A program made the position numbers and the translations under genes. DNA of 64,000 bases from Hypanus sabinus. Its lineage: Eukaryota. The notes beneath the pieces were generated by a model, which saw only the letters and a program-made list of their open reading frames with translations, was not told the DNA's origin and did no database searches. Location of the stretch: assembly GCF_030144855.1 (NCBI RefSeq), contig NC_082731.1, positions 25,172,001 through 25,236,000 of the forward strand, given 5' to 3'. Below, piece after piece: positions 8,800 through 23,150 of this stretch; position 1 is the stretch's first letter, and every line of letters starts with the position of its first letter.

Positions 8800-11700
8800 T
8801 GTGCCGGGTTACCAGTTAACTGTATATATAAAACAGCTTTTCTGTAGAGTTATAATGAAATGACTTCTTTGTGAGTAACTGATTCGCTAATGCTATATTT
8901 AGTTGGAATATTTTGATTATAATTACGATAACGGAGCAACTAAACACTGGTAGCAATGTTGTTCTATCTGTATGTGTGGGAACCTGGATTGATTGCGCGG
9001 GTTTTTCGGGAGGAGAACAGAAGAGGAGGGACGTACTGGACGTGCTCTGGTCGACCACCAATGTTGGTTCCTGATGGCGGGTCGAAGATGTCGGAGAAGA
9101 TGGAATAGTGGAGTTGTGCACGAATTGATTGAACTCTAGTAAGTTTTGGCGACTTTTCTTTTATTTTATTTTCTTTTTATATTCTATCGCTATTAATTAT
9201 CTAGTTCCAGTAAGATTTAAAACGTGTACTCTGTAAAGTTACGTGGTCTGCGGTCTGATATTGTGTGTGGGAGTTTGTATCAGTGTGCGTTTAACAGCAT
9301 CCAAGCAAACGGGAGATACGGTTTGACGGGTGGAGGGATTTTCCCCGAGACATACAGAAGCCGATAGTGTGGGCGCTGCACTTGTGAGTTGCTCGTCCCG
9401 CGATTGACTTTGTGGAAGCTGTGACAACTCTGCTTAAATAAAATACAGTTGAGATGGCAAGCTGCTGCTTTTCGGCGATGGTGTGCGGCAGCGAATGTGA
9501 TACAGAGCAATGTGTGCTTGTTGAGGCTGGTGGAGACTAGCGTTATAGATGAAGTGTTACATCGAAATTTGAGTACGGTTAGAACTCTTGGGAAAGTGGA
9601 GATTGTATTGCAGAACTTTGATTTTGAGGCAGGTACAGATATCGTGTTTGCGCTGACAAGTGAGGACATAATAGTTGCGGAGTTGCCAGAGGAGATTGGC
9701 GTCGCTGGGGAGGCGGGGCCATGGCGCCCTCAAAGTGTCGGGGAGGAAGAGGCCAAGGCCCTACGAGCAGAGTTGCCAGCAGAGATAGAGAAGATCTTAG
9801 GGAACGGAGTATTTCGGTGCGAGAGGATGGAAGGAAAGAGTGGTCAGATTTGAAGAAGTTGTTCAGTTCCAACAACAAAAAGAAAGGCGACAGTTCTGAA
9901 TTGGCCACTGCACTTACATCCTTAGCGAGAATAGCAGAGGGACACCGCCAGAAGATTAGAATTTTTTCGCGGTTTGCGCCCACTTCGAAGGGTGAGAAGG
10001 ATTAAGAGTCATGGCTCGAGCAAACGTCTCAGTTGTTGAGTGAGCGGCAGTGTTCCGATGAGGAAAACCGACAGAGATTAGTTCAAATTTTGTGGAGTGA
10101 GGTGGCTATGGTATTGCGAAGTTTAAAGGTTAACCAGACTGAGGCCAACTGAAGGATTGTATGGAGGCTTTAAAAAGTGCTTTTGGGTTAGCTGGGAGCT
10201 CCTCGCAGAGCTTCAAAATATGTATCAAGAGGAGAGTGAGAAGCTCTCTCCATATCTTATTCTGTTAGGCAGACGTCTTAATCGATTGCGACGCCGGGGT
10301 GTCATTTGAGCTTAACAGGTGGATCGGTTAAGGATGGATCAGCTATTTCCGGCTTCCCAGTCCGAGAACAAGATTGTTTGTAGTCTCCGGCAGACCTATA
10401 AAACGCCCCCCTCCCCCCCTAAACCTCCACCCCATCCCGTCGTTCGTTCAACTGATCAGAGATGTGAACGGGGATGTGCGCCCATTGAGGCCGCGGGAGG
10501 ACTAATTCAGCAGGGAGTGATCCTCTTCTGTAGCACCCGGTGGGGACGGGAGAGGAGCCAGCTCAACACGGCAACTGAGAAAGGAGCTGGCGGCCGAGGT
10601 GAGGCTGAGGAGTCGGTAGAATCGGCTTCGCCCCCCAGAGGACGGGCAGCACAGAGTTCTGCAAGTGGCAGGAGATCTGCGAGAAGAAGGAAAGCTGATA
10701 GCGTGAGCTATAACTGTGGGGATGAGGGCCACTTCAGGCGGGAATGTGAGCGCCCGGAAGCCCCTAAGAGGGCTAGTCCCCGGGTATCCAAGAGGGGAGA
10801 GGTGTCGGGAAACTTAAAGGGGACCCAGTGAGGGAACGGTCTGAAGTCTGTAAGGGAACACGTTCCCAGCAACGTACCAAATAACCCCCGAAAGCAAATT
10901 ACCTGATACTAGAAGAATTAGTGGGACTCCGCTCCGGAGTTTAGCTACGGATAGAGGAAATATCTGCTGAAGCTATACTCGACATTTGGACGCAGGTAAC
11001 CCTACTATACCGTTCGTTTCACAATTAGTACGTAGAGCATTTGCCATTAACCCCAATCCCTGCAGTGGAGATTTGGGGTGTCAGCGATAAGGGTTATCCG
11101 TATGACGGTATTTATCCGTGAAACTGCCGTTTTCAAAAGCCGATGTGGGAGTGCTTGAGGTTTTGGAGACATTAGCGCTGGTTTGTGCGGATCCAGTTGA
11201 GACGAGGGGCTTTTCAAATTCCATTGGGGAACAACACCCCTGTGGTGCGGAGTCTCATGGGGGTCTGTCAGCAGAGGGCGATTGAGAACAGTTTCGAGGC
11301 CCGGGCCGTGCACCCAGCGTTTCTGTCTGCTTCGAAGGAAGTGCATCGCCACTCAACGCCAGAGAGTGAATTTATTCGAGGGACTGTGTGGTGTAGCCAG
11401 TCGAAGCCTGTAATAATAAGGCCCGGGAAGTAGCAAGACTGGCGGGAACCCCCAGATTTCCCGGAGTGCTTGTGGCGAGACCCTTTTAGTGGACGCCAGG
11501 GAGGACCACCGGGGGAAGGCACAATTTCCGGCTTGTCTGCTGGTGAGGCCCGAAGTGCAGAGGCCCACGGGGGTACTTCCGAGGCGGATAGCCTTGAGCG
11601 TCAGGAACATCTACGAAGCGAGAAATCACCTTAAAGTGAGGAATGCCGCTAGCGCATTTGTTCCTGGTAACGGTAATGTCTAGCGCTCCTGTGAGGCCCA

Positions 11701-14180
11701 CTCAGGGGGAAGGATTCGAAAGCATTATAAAGCTGACCACTGAGACCTTTAACTTTAGGGACTGTCCTGTGCTGCCTGAATGGAAACGCAGTATAGTGGA
11801 TAAGGTGTTGAATCTGGCAGATTTTTTTTTCTTGGCGAGTTTGATGTGGATTGCTCCAGGAGCAGTGGCCATACCATCTGAGTGACTGAGGACACTCCGT
11901 TCAGAGAGAGGTCGCGGCGACTGGCCATTGCAGATTTGGAAGACCTGCGGCAGCGCTTGTGCAAGTTGAAGAAAGCTGGAATCATCACTGAGTCCCGAAG
12001 CCCCTATTCGTCCCCAATAGAGGAGGTCCAGAAGAAGAAAGGAAGGGTACGCATGTGTGTGAACTATAGTACCTCGAACCGGCGCACTGTGCCTGACCAG
12101 TATACGGTCCCGAGGGTCGAAGACGCTTTGTCCTCTCTGAGAGGTGCGAATTTTTTTTCTGTGCTGGACTTGAGGAGTGGATATTGCCAGATATCGATGA
12201 ATGAGGCCGACCCAAGAGAAGACGGGATCTCTCTGGGATTTTTTACAGTTCGAAAGGATGCCTCACGGCATATCGGGTGTGACTGCCACCTTCCAGACGG
12301 TCATGGTGAAGACGGTGGGGGATATGAATTTCCATGACGGTTTGGTGTATTTAGATGATTTGTTCGTGTATGGAGCCACCTTGGTAGAACACCAAGTGAG
12401 GATACTGAAGGTGCTAAGCAGGTTAAAGGATAAAGGGATAAACTCGCCCGGACTAGTGTCAGTTCTGAAAGACGTCTGTTAGCTATGTTGGGCAAATAAT
12501 CTCTCAGATGGAGTAGCTACAGTCCCGGCTAAGATAGAAGCGGTGGCTACGTGGCCGAGGCACCAGACAGTGACCTCTCTGCGCTAGGTCTTGGGGTTCT
12601 GCGGTGATTATCGGAGATTCGTGAAGGGCTACGTAAAAGTGAGTCACCCCTTGAACCAACTCCTGCGTGGTTACCGTCCCCTGGGGAAGAAAGAAAACAG
12701 GGGAAGGGAGGTTGGAGAATATCTCAAACCGTCTGTGTCCTTCGGACAGAGTGGTTTGCAAAATGTGTGTACGCTTTTAACACGCTGAAGGACTTGCTGA
12801 TACAGGTACGGGTGCTGTCTTTTGTGGATCCCCGATTACCCTATGTATTACACACTGACGCCAGCCTCGAGGGATTCGGTGCCGTTTTGTATCAAGATCA
12901 GGGCATCGGCTTGAGACCTGTCGCGTTTGACAGCCGATATTTGTCGCCCTCCCAGAGAAACTACCCCACCCATAAGTTGGAGTTCCTGGCGTTGAAGATG
13001 GCAGTGGTGAAGTGAACAGTGGGCAGTGGGACTGAGTAACTGTCACTACGGAGCCAAGTTTGAGGTGAGGACGGACAACAATCCATTTATTTTTATCCTG
13101 ACTGCGGCAAAACTGGATGCTCCAGGCCATCCGTGTTTGGCAGCTTTGTCGGTATATGATTTCAGCTTGAGGTACCGGTCGGGATGTAGGAATGTCGATG
13201 CGGATGCTTTGACACGACGGGAGCATGGTGAACAAGAGTCGGACTAGGAGTGGGAGAGCATTCCTGCCCACGGCGTGAAAGTCATGTTTCAGTTTGCTAT
13301 CACCGTGAAGCCCGAGGAAAAGTTGATGACAGAGCGAGCAGTGGACGCATTGGGGGCTTCTAATTACGCCCTATCCCCAGTTTGCTGTGCACTGACTGCG
13401 TTGAAAACTGAACAACTGCCGGAATTGTCCGGTAGAAGTGGCAGCTGTCAGCGAGATGACACCGGCACTGGAACTGTTTGGAGCGCGGTTGAGAAGGGGG
13501 ATGTGGCGTGGGCGGAGAAGACGAAACATGCTTCAGTGACTCCGTTATTGAGGGAATGGCCTCGGTTGAAGTTGAGGAAACAAGTTTATATCAGGTAACG
13601 TCACCCCCGCAACGACCTCGGTGTTGGCAGCTGGTCCTGCCTAAGAAGTATCGGAAGACGATGTAGAAGTTCCTGCACGATGATTCTGGGCAGTGCGGGG
13701 TGGAGAAGACCTATGGATTGCTCAAAGACAGGTTTTACTGGCCCCGAATGAAGGCGGAGTTGGAAGAGTATTGCAAGTTCTGCATTCGCTGCATTCGTCG
13801 GAAGACTCTTCCTGTTCAGGCTGCTCCGTTATCCCACTTGCAAAGTGAGGGGACTTTGGAGCTGCTGTGTTTGGAGTTCTAGGCAACAGAACCCGATTCC
13901 AGCATTATGGCTAATGTCTTAGTTATCACAAAACACGACACCAGGTATGCTCAAGCGTTCCCTATGAAAGATCAAAGGGCGACTACAGCGGCGAAAGTGC
14001 TTTGGGAGCAGTATTTTGAGTATTGTGGTCTTCCCCGGTCGAGACGTAGGGACCAGTGACGGGACTTTGAGCTCCTTGGAGTTGAGAAATCCCCAGCCGG
14101 CGAGATTCAATCCGACGCTGCTAGACCTGCTCGGAACTCCAGAGATTAGTAAAAAAGAGACGGTGGCTTCAACATTTTGG
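8800..14180 (+). mobile_element. Gypsy LTR retrotransposon with PNMA-type gag, frameshifted, 3' end lost at an L1 junction
   Basis: Putative 5' LTR ~8800-9380. Gag fragments (WCAAANV...GPWRP; RIFSRFAP...ESWLEQ), zinc knuckle SYNCGDEGHFRREC (~10706-10748), RT (SRSPYSSPI, FSVLDLRSGYCQI, VYLDDLFVY), RNase H (LHTDASLEGFGAVLYQ, NYPTHKLEFLALK) and integrase (GVEKTYGLLKDRFYWPRM, CIRC). Confidence 0.9.
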
Positions 14181-17100
14181 GCTACTGGTTCAACTTTATT
14201 ATCGGATGATGATTTTTTAAAAATTTATGAAGGATCAGATAAACTTTTATTTTAACACTAATACATTACCTGAATTGTCATCCCAGATTGTCTGGGATGC
14301 CATGAAAACATGTCTGAGGGGTCAAATAATCTCAACAGAAGATCCTGTGCAGATCGATTAGACCTCATTAACCATATTAAAGAATTGGATCTATTATATG
14401 CTCAAACTAAGAACCCTGAACTATACAAGAAGCGTGTTGAACTCCAAACTAAATTTAATCTTCTGTCCACTCAACCTGTCGAACGCCAACATCTCGACAG
14501 CAAGAGTCGCTTTTACATTCAAGGTGATAAGTCCGGTAAATTTCTAGCCAATCAGCTGAGGCATTCCAAAGCCAAACAACATATCACAAAGATCTGGAAG
14601 GAGAACGGAGACTTTACATCGGATCATTTAGAAATAAATGACGCATTAAAAATGTTTTATTCTCGGCTTTATTCCTCTGAATCTTTGACTGATAATATCT
14701 CTGCTGATCATTTTTGAAAGAATCTGAATATTCCTTCACTTTCATCTGATTCGAAAGCCAAACTTACTGCGCCTATATCATCAGAAGAAATATCTTTTGC
14801 AATTTCTGCACTGCCCTCAAGGAAATCTCCTGGACCTGATAGGTTCCCTATGGAATTTTAGAAATCATTCTCTTCACTTCTTTCTCCTCAGTTACTTTCA
14901 GTATTATCTGTTTCGTTTAATTACGGCAAATTGCCACCCTCTTTCAATGAGGCATCTATTATTCTTCTATTAAAAAAGGGCAAAGACCCAACAGAGTGTT
15001 CCTCGTATAGGGCTATTTCATTGCTGTATCGTGATGTAAAGATCCTACCTAAAGTTTTGGCTCATAGATTAGAAACCGTTATTCCCTCCATTATCTCTGA
15101 TGACCAATCAGTTTTTATTAAAAACCGTCTCCCTTTTTTAACAAACGGCGTTTATTTAATATCTTATACTCACTTCCAACTGGGATTCCTGAATGTGTTA
15201 TTTCCCTCGATGCGGAGAAAGCATGTGATCGTATAGAGTGGAACTAACTTTTTTCAATCTTGGAAAAATTTCACCACGGTCAAACTTTCATCTCTTGGAT
15301 CAAATTGCTGTACCTGTGTCCTACTGCTTCTGTTTTAACTAATTTTCAGAAATCCCAGATATTTAATCTCAAACGTGGCACCCGTCAGGTATGCCCCTTA
15401 AGTCCCTTTCTCTTTGATTTGACTATAGAACCTTTGGCAATAGCATTTCGAAGTTGTCTTGAATTGACCGGGATCTGGAGAGGGGGTGTTGAGCATAAAG
15501 TTTCACTTTATGCTGATGACTTATTACTCTTTCTTTCAAATCCGTCTACATCCTTCCCTTCAATGTTTTCACTTCTTGACCAGTTTAGACAGATCTCTGC
15601 CTATAAACTTAATTTACATAAGAGTGAACTTTTCCCAATTAATAAAGAAACACAAGAATTAACATTTCGTGATCTCCCTTTTAAAGTAGTACATAATCAA
15701 TTTACTTATCTTGGAATTACAGTCACAAAGAAGTTTAAAGATCTCTTTCGTGAACACTTTGCCAATCTTTCATATACTATAAAACAGAGTCTGGTACAAT
15801 GGTCACCTCTATCTATGTCTTTGGTAGGTCGTATTAATGCTGTTAAAATGTATGTGCTCTGCAAATTTTTATACTTATTTCAATCTATCCCAATTTTTAT
15901 TCCTAAATCTTTTTTTTTTGATTCCTTAGACTTTTGTGGAAGTATAAGCGCTCTAGAATGAATAAAATCAATCTCCAAAAATCTGAAAAAGAGGGTGGCA
16001 TGCCTTTACCTAACTATCGTTTATATTATTGGGCAGCTACTATACGTTGTGCTACCTTTTGGTCTTTCTTCCATGGCCAACCCGAGTGCCCTAATTGGTT
16101 GCAATGGAGTTGAGCTCCACTAAAGAATTATCTATCTCTGCACTTCTTGGCTCTGCACTCCCTAGCAGTCTGTCCAGATTAATAGCTAATCCTCTTGTTA
16201 GACACACTTTGCGTATATGTGCTCAGTTTAGGAAATGCTATGGTTTCCATGTTTTTTTTTCCGTTTCCAGCCCTGTCGTACATAATCGCCTTTTTTACCT
16301 ACCATGTACGATTCAGCATTCCAGGTTTGGTATAGGAAGGGCATGAGACGTTTTGAAGATCTTTTCATTGATAATCGCTTCACTTCTTTTCAGCTGCTCT
16401 CTGTTAAGTTCAATCTGCCCAATGCCCATTGTTTATTAGATATCTCCAAATTAGACCCTTTATTGTTCTTTAATTCCAAACTTTCCTGAAATGCCTGCGA
16501 AAAATGCTATGGACCTATTTCTTTCCATTAATCCACTAGGTAAAGGTTTAATATCAATTATTCAAGATAAATTAGCAGCCTTACGACGGGCCCCTGTGGA
16601 TAAAAATAAAATGGCATGGGAGCATGATTTAAATACCTCATTTTCTGATGAGAGCTGGGACTCGATTCTCAAATCGGTCAACCCAACCTCTTTTTGTGCA
16701 CGCCATTGCCTTTTACAGTTTAAGATTGTTCATAGAGCCCATATGTCTAAATCTAAACTATCTCGATTCTACCCTGACATTAGTCCCCTCTGTGATAAAT
16801 GCAAGAGGGGCGAGGCCTCTCTCATTCATATGTACTGGCTCTGTCCGAGCTTGGAGAAATTTTGGAAAGATGTCTTCACTACGTAATCGTATATTCTGAA
16901 TCAGCACCTAGAACCAAACCCCTTAATTGCTTTGTTCGGTTTCTGGGGCGAGACAGATTTACGTCTGAGTCCGACCAAATGCCGAATATCATCCTTTGCC
17001 CCTATCCTGGCTAGACGCTTGATCCTCCTTAGATGGAGAGATGTCGCCCCGCCCACTCATGCTCAATGGCTGAACGACGTTATGGCCTGCTTGGACCTCG

Positions 17101-17538
17101 AAGAAATTCATTATTCAGTTCTTAACTTGGACCTTACGTTCCATAAGGTCTGGGGACCTTTTATCGAGTACTTTCATAACCTTCCTCTTGACTAGGGTTT
17201 TTTTTTCTTTTCGGTCCCTTGCTTTCAGCTGCCTTTTTTTTTTTGGTAGTAGGCGTTACTATCCTCTGTTGCTAAGTGTATTCTCAGTCTGGGAGTTTGA
17301 TTGTCCTGATTTATATTCTCTATCTTGTTTTGTGTTTGGTCTGGAGTTTTTTTATTTTGTGTTGTGGGGCTTGGGGAGGATACTAAGTTTACTTGTCTTC
17401 AATTTAGGTGTTTTTTTTTAATTCTCTTTCTCTGTATCATATTGTCATTATATGCATAATTTTGCACTGTATTAATGTTCCTCATTGTGGTTTGTTTTTT
17501 TTTCTGTAAAATGTATAAAAAAGCAAATTTAAAAAATA
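14180..17538 (+). mobile_element. L1/Tx1-type LINE, 5'-truncated ORF2 with frameshifts
   Basis: QGDKSGKFLANQL, FNEASIILLLKKGKDP, RGTRQVCPLSPFLFDL, LYADDLLLFL, zf-RVT CDKCKRGEASLIHMYWLCP, T-rich 3' UTR and A-rich tail. Confidence 0.92.
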
Positions 17539-17661
17539 ATTTAATGCGCTGCACAATCTTATATTTAGTGCCAACCGACCATTGTGTCTCGATATTAGTT
17601 GTTCTGCATTTGCTCAAATCAGGGTTCCGTTAACTTTAACAACAAAATTCCCCTCTTTGGT

Positions 17662-18670
17662 TGTACGTCGTATCGTACCAACCCCGCTTCTGGCACCTGG
17701 CTGTCTTACTCAGGAAGTGGCCTTTAACACGTCGTTAGTTCCCAATTAATTCCCAGGTTCCAATAATTACGAACAACTGCATACTATCAAAGAGAGTATT
17801 ATAAGTGTCCTGTGACCACTTCTCGAAGGTGCAAGATCGTTGATCAACTCGTGTATGAGTAATCGCATTCCATGGTGTTTAGAACTATCAGCTCCAAGTC
17901 CAGCCTTATAGCTGGATTATTTACCAAGACGAAGCCTCCGGGAAAAATCCCCCTTGGAACCCTTCCCACGCTCGCTACGTCGGCAGCTTCTCCCTCCTCA
18001 GCCCCCGCGCCCGTGTTCAGCACTTGGGTCCGTGCAACAGAACGAACTGGCCACGATGAACCCAGCAGACACAGATCACATGAAAGAGGCCCTGACCGAC
18101 CAGGACTACCTGTTGTGTGCCCCCGACCAACTACTTCGGGAGATCACAGACAATCTTCAGATGCTAACCATGAATGTGCAGAAGGTCAGTGAACGACTGC
18201 ACCATGTCTCCGCTTTTCCCTTTCCACTCCCTCAGAGATCCCCAAGCTACTCAAACCGCACGGCTCGGGATGGCTTCGCCCTCGGAGTCCAAAAAATCCA
18301 ACCCCTCGAGGACACTCTGTGCCCGAGCCTGAATCCTGCGCCGCGGACCTAGGCAGGTGCCAGGCCTTCCTGCTCCAATGCTCCCTGGATTTCGAGCTGC
18401 TGCCACGTACCTCCGTTTCCTACAAATCGAAGAATGCGTACATCATGGGGCTACTACGAGTGGAAGCCTTGGCTTGGGCAACTGATGTATGGGATAACCG
18501 GCCGGAAGTTTGGTCCTCTTACTGCTCCCTCATCGCAAAAATGAGGAATGTTTTCGAACGATCCATTCGCGGCAAGCATGCCGCGAGACGGCTGCTTACT
18601 CTTCGTTACGCTTCACGAACTGTAGCCAAATATTCCATTGAGTTACCTAGCAGACTCCAGATGGAATGAT
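17662..18670 (+). mobile_element. Sushi-like (chromovirus) Gypsy: 5' LTR + gag start, truncated
   Basis: LTR ending ...GTGCAACA (18039), similar to the reverse complement of the LTRs at 49971 and 54883. Leader GAACGAACTGGCCA, ATG 18056 (MNPADTD), and gag motif CQAFLLQCSLDFELLP...AYIMGLLRVEALAWAT. Confidence 0.85.
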
Positions 18671-18679
18671 GATATATTA

Positions 18680-21600
18680 ATATATTTACTTCAGTAGATC
18701 TACTATGAAATTCTTCGTTGCCTCTATAATGTTTTATGGGTAGAAATTGAGTTTTTCACGTTCATACTGCACGCGCGGGCTCCCACCCTTCCTCTTTCGC
18801 CGAACCAGAAGTTGCTCACAAGATGCAGCGAAACAGGAGGAGACGTCTCGCATGGCGCGCTGTGACATAGACAAAAAATGTTTAACATCTGTTAACCCAT
18901 AACGTAATTAGGAAACTTTAACTTTAACTGGAAAATTGTTACAGACAAATTATTTAAAGTGGAAATGTATCAAAGTTAAATAAATGCCTTAAGGGCAACA
19001 CATTCCTTGGATGGCTTGTAATGTCACTATAAACATGGTATAGAACTTTATTCTCTAGATCAGTCTTTAGTTAGAAGTGAAACGATCTTTGCAACTGTTT
19101 TCAGTTAAGTTTTCACGTCACCTTGGTTAGTAGTTTTTAACTCAAACTTCCTGACATGGCCACCTCTTCCAGGGAATATGGCAGTGATTCTGTCTATTGG
19201 CCAGCTTTTGCACGTGATCTGGGTGTCCCTGAGTTTCCTCCGAGATTCTGTTCAATTCTGTATGTGTCAATGGCACTGCACTGTCTGCCATAGTTCCAAC
19301 CGGTACAAAACTGATTTGGAAGAGTCTGAACTTGTCTCCTTTGCTTCGTGTTCATGTCCTTGTCTAAGTTGTCTCCATGTGGAGGGGGTACTCCTACATT
19401 CTGCTTAAGTGGCATTGATGGTGATACTATGAGTGGGCTTTCGGTTCCGTCGACACAGGTAGGAGTGGTCACGCATTTATAATGGCTGTGACCTGTTCCA
19501 TTAATGTACACAGTATTTCATGTGTCAGGGATGTGCTTTGATGCAGAAACATTGAATCAAGGATTGTTCTGGAGATACCAATCACCCGCTCCCAAGAGCC
19601 AACCGTGTGAGAGGTGTATACTAGGTTGAATTTCCAGATGCATTCTTGATCACTATGGTACCTTTGCACCCTTTTGTCCTTCCCATGCCCCGGGCATGCT
19701 ACAACAAAGTTTGTGCCGCAATCAGATCCTAACCTCTTTTTTCAGGGACTCTTAGTGCAAGGAAGCGCTTGAGAGCGTTAATGCAGCTGGATGTATGTAA
19801 CGACTCGATGCCATTAATGTGCACAGCTCTTGAACCCATGCATGGTTGCCCATGCATGAGTGGGTCAACATGATGACCCATCGTTTCTTCTCTGCTTGTC
19901 CTCCTCTAGTGTGTTTAGTGATGATAGTACAGGGACAAAATACCTGAAGCTCCAGAAACGTAAAAGGAGGGCAGACTTTGAGACGTTCTGGTGGGAGTTT
20001 TGCCTTACGTTAAACTTTCAGCTTCCCTCGCAGTTTGCTAAAGTTTGCACATCTGTAGAGTACTGAAACGATCACTGTTTTGCCTCCCAAGATGCACAGT
20101 CCCGCTGCCCCTATTGCTCCCTCCGTCAAGTGAAGGTCCTGATGCCTTACCTGATCTTGAAGATGGCGGGTAAGCAGTAAGGACGTGCGCTGACTTTGGG
20201 CAGGATTTTTGGGCTCTGCTCTACAACTGAACGTTGAGAGTGCGTTAATCATCCTGCTACGCTTTCTAGGATCGGGCTGGGATTCCTCGAAAGTCTATTC
20301 TTCTGCATTGGTTTATTAGCTTGGGGGGCTGAAGGTTTCATTGCAAAAGCCGCCCTATGAGTTGCTTTAAGGACGGCATCCTTTGTCTGGTCCAATTCGT
20401 CCGAAGTGAAAGGTAAGCAACAGTTGGGTTGTCCTTTGTTTTTGCTATTTTGTGGTGAATGTTTGTGGGATCTGGCGATGTGGATGAGGATTGCAATTCG
20501 TCTCACTAAAGAGTGGAGAATCGCTGATAGCAGTCAGTAGTACGTATTGATTCATCCGGGCAGGTAGCACAAGTTTGTATTTACGGCCGGACTTCGGATC
20601 GTTTTTCGGGTTCGATCGGTTCAAATGTCTTGCTCGGTTGTGTTTTTGTCTGCTGGTGGCTGATGCAGGATGGAGATCCCGGTGAAGAAGGAAGTCTGCG
20701 CCAAACGGAATGCAGGTAAGGATCCCGATGTGTAGTCCGCAGTGATTTTCTCTGTACGTACGTAATGCCATTGTTCGGAGTTTGAGGACAGGCAGATGCG
20801 TAGATCTCTATTGTGACCGTTCACGTAGAAAGGTTTCGATTTTTTATAGATATTGCCGAACATTACTTTGCTGTCTGTGTAGCTCTTAGTGGCATCCAGC
20901 TCCAGGTCCAGTTTATCCTTGATAAGATTTGCTATTTCCACAGTTAGGACAGCTGCGCACAGGTCAAGCCTTGGGACTGAAGGCTCGGACTGAGGTGCTA
21001 GTTTAGCCTTACCCCTTACAAATCCTATTTCAACTTGACCATCTTTCCAACCTACTTTCAGTTAAGCCAAGGAACCGATGGCTTTTGTTGACTCATCCGA
21101 AACCACGAACAATTCACTGTGCACGGCCTCGGTAAGTGAGATTGCAGTATACCTACGTGAGACAGGAAGTTGTTTTAAGTCTGGAACATAATCTCTCCAA
21201 GCTTCCTATCTGCTAGCTTGTCTACTGGTGGAGGAGTGTCCCAGTCGGTGAGATCAGAGCTAAGTTTTCTGAGGAGGGTTCTGCCCTGGATCGTAACCGG
21301 CGCCATTAGGCCCAATGGATCGAAAACACTGTTGACAGCGGACAGACCTCCACAGCGGGTGAAGGGTTTGTTTGTGGTCGGCACGGAAAACGTGAATATG
21401 TCGGTCTTGCCCTCCAAAATCTACCCAATCTCCTTTGTGTGAATATGCCTTCTCCAATTAGATCTGGGTCCTTGATTGCTGGAGCACAGTCGTCAGGTTT
21501 GAAGGCCTCCATTACTTGTTTAAGTGGATTTTTGTGTCAGCAATTGAGGCCTGTGTTCGTCGGAGCATGTCGATTGCTTCAGCTTCTATCTGCACCGATA

Positions 21601-22750
21601 AAGAACGACGCAGAATTGTCTTACCACAAACTTAACGTTGTCATCGCCATGCTCATGTGCGCCCTCTCTGATAGTTTCTCGCAGACTGTAGAAGGCCACA
21701 GCAGGGTATGGGTTATAGCCGGAAACATGGACATTCAAAAGGTACTCAGTGACTTCATTTATGGTGTCATTGTCTTTGCGCCATAAAAAACCCCGACAAA
21801 TTATCGATGGTCTTCCTGCACTGAGAAGCAATGGAACATCCACCGGATATCCGCTAGGATCACAAACTTCTCTTTCTGCAAGCGTAACAAGACACCAAGT
21901 AGGGCGTTATGATGTTCTGGGCCTGTGAGGAGCGCGTCATTGTCGGAGATGCCAGCGCACTGAGCAGTGGAATCAAAGACCACACTGATCTGATTGCGAT
22001 TTTGCGGGTGGTTAACCACAAAACTTGTGGGGTAGCAGCACTCCTCATCTTCCCTCAGCGGCGGCGCTCTATCAACATGTCAGTTAGCGAAGATCTTCTC
22101 CATGAATTCCACGTACTGTTCCTGCATATCATGGCTCCTTTACAGGGTTCGTTGAAAGATGTTAACCGGTTCACTGCCTGCTATTTGTGGTTTGGAAAGC
22201 ACTGGAGTGGTTCTTTGAATGGTAGTGGGACGACCCAATTGTTTGCTTCATCTCTAATAATCTGTTTATCCATTATTTTTTAAGAAGATGTTGTCCTCCA
22301 CAGATGGAGCAAGTTTATTATCATGCTTAGTTTGAGCGAAGACTGACTGTCCCAGTGTCTTCTCAGCTAATTTAACTGGCTTGTTAAAATGTGTTGTGCT
22401 TCCTTGATACACATAACGTTTGTGCAGGGCTGAAACATTGAATGGCGGCCGCGTTCTAACACGTTACTCTTGAGCGTGTTAAAGGTTGGTTTGTGCACGT
22501 TGACAAGGCACACCTCCGTTATAACCGCACAGGGTGGATCAAGACGTTGTGCGAAGGGGCCGTGGAGTGGTCCATTGACCTGCTGCCTGACTTTGTGTAC
22601 CCTAAGAACGGCTCTTGCGAGTAGAAGGAGTATTTCTGCTTCTGCATACAATTATGAGATGTGCTTGGCGATCTAGTGGAAATGACGCTGGTGTAGCACA
22701 GCGCTTGGCGTCGAAAATCGGATCGGTTATTCAAGATCTCATTGCACTCT
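18680..22750 (-). mobile_element. BEL/Pao LTR retrotransposon, decayed
   Basis: Minus-strand fragments ISDNDALLTGPEHHNALLGVLLRLQKE..ADIRWMFHCF (RT), TRCGGLSAVNSVFDPLGLMAPVTIQG (Pao), YTDSKVMFGNIY...EQWHYVRT (RNase H) and WPIDRITAIFPGRGGHVRKFEL (integrase C-terminus). Possible LTR remnant ~18680-18866. Confidence 0.9.
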
Positions 22751-23052
22751 AAGAGAGGAGCGAGACAGATGCCAACTTTGACATCCAGCGACTCGAACTG
22801 GACGCTTACTGCCTTCCTGCCATATTTTCGGTGATGCCAGAGGAAGTTCTACGGAAGTATGGGAATGAACTTCTCTCCACGCTTAACAACTCAAATTACA
22901 TTGTATTACAGAACATAGACTTTGATGGCCTTGTCTTTGTCTCAGTTAGGGTATACGTTATTGAGGCAGATATATGAGCACGAACAGCTCGACTGTCCTG
23001 GACCGCAAAATTCTCTGCAGTTCGACCCCTCATAACCAGTCTGACTTATTCC

Positions 23053-23150
23053 GAATCAGAATCAGAATCAGGTTTAGTATCACTGACAGAGACAGATGTC
23101 GTGAAAATTGTTGTTACGCGGGCAGCAGTACATTGCAATGCATAATAATA
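23053..23150 (-). repeat. LINE/SINE 3' tail with (ATTCTG)n
   Basis: GAATCAGAATCAGAATCAGGTTTAGTATCACTGAC, i.e. a minus-strand ATTCTG tandem tail typical of non-LTR element ends. Confidence 0.55.

Noticed and set aside
9579-13271. Long antisense ORFs overlapping the Gypsy gag/pol (e.g. 9579-9983, 12777-13271)
   Set aside because: Shadow frames of GC-rich retroelement coding sequence.
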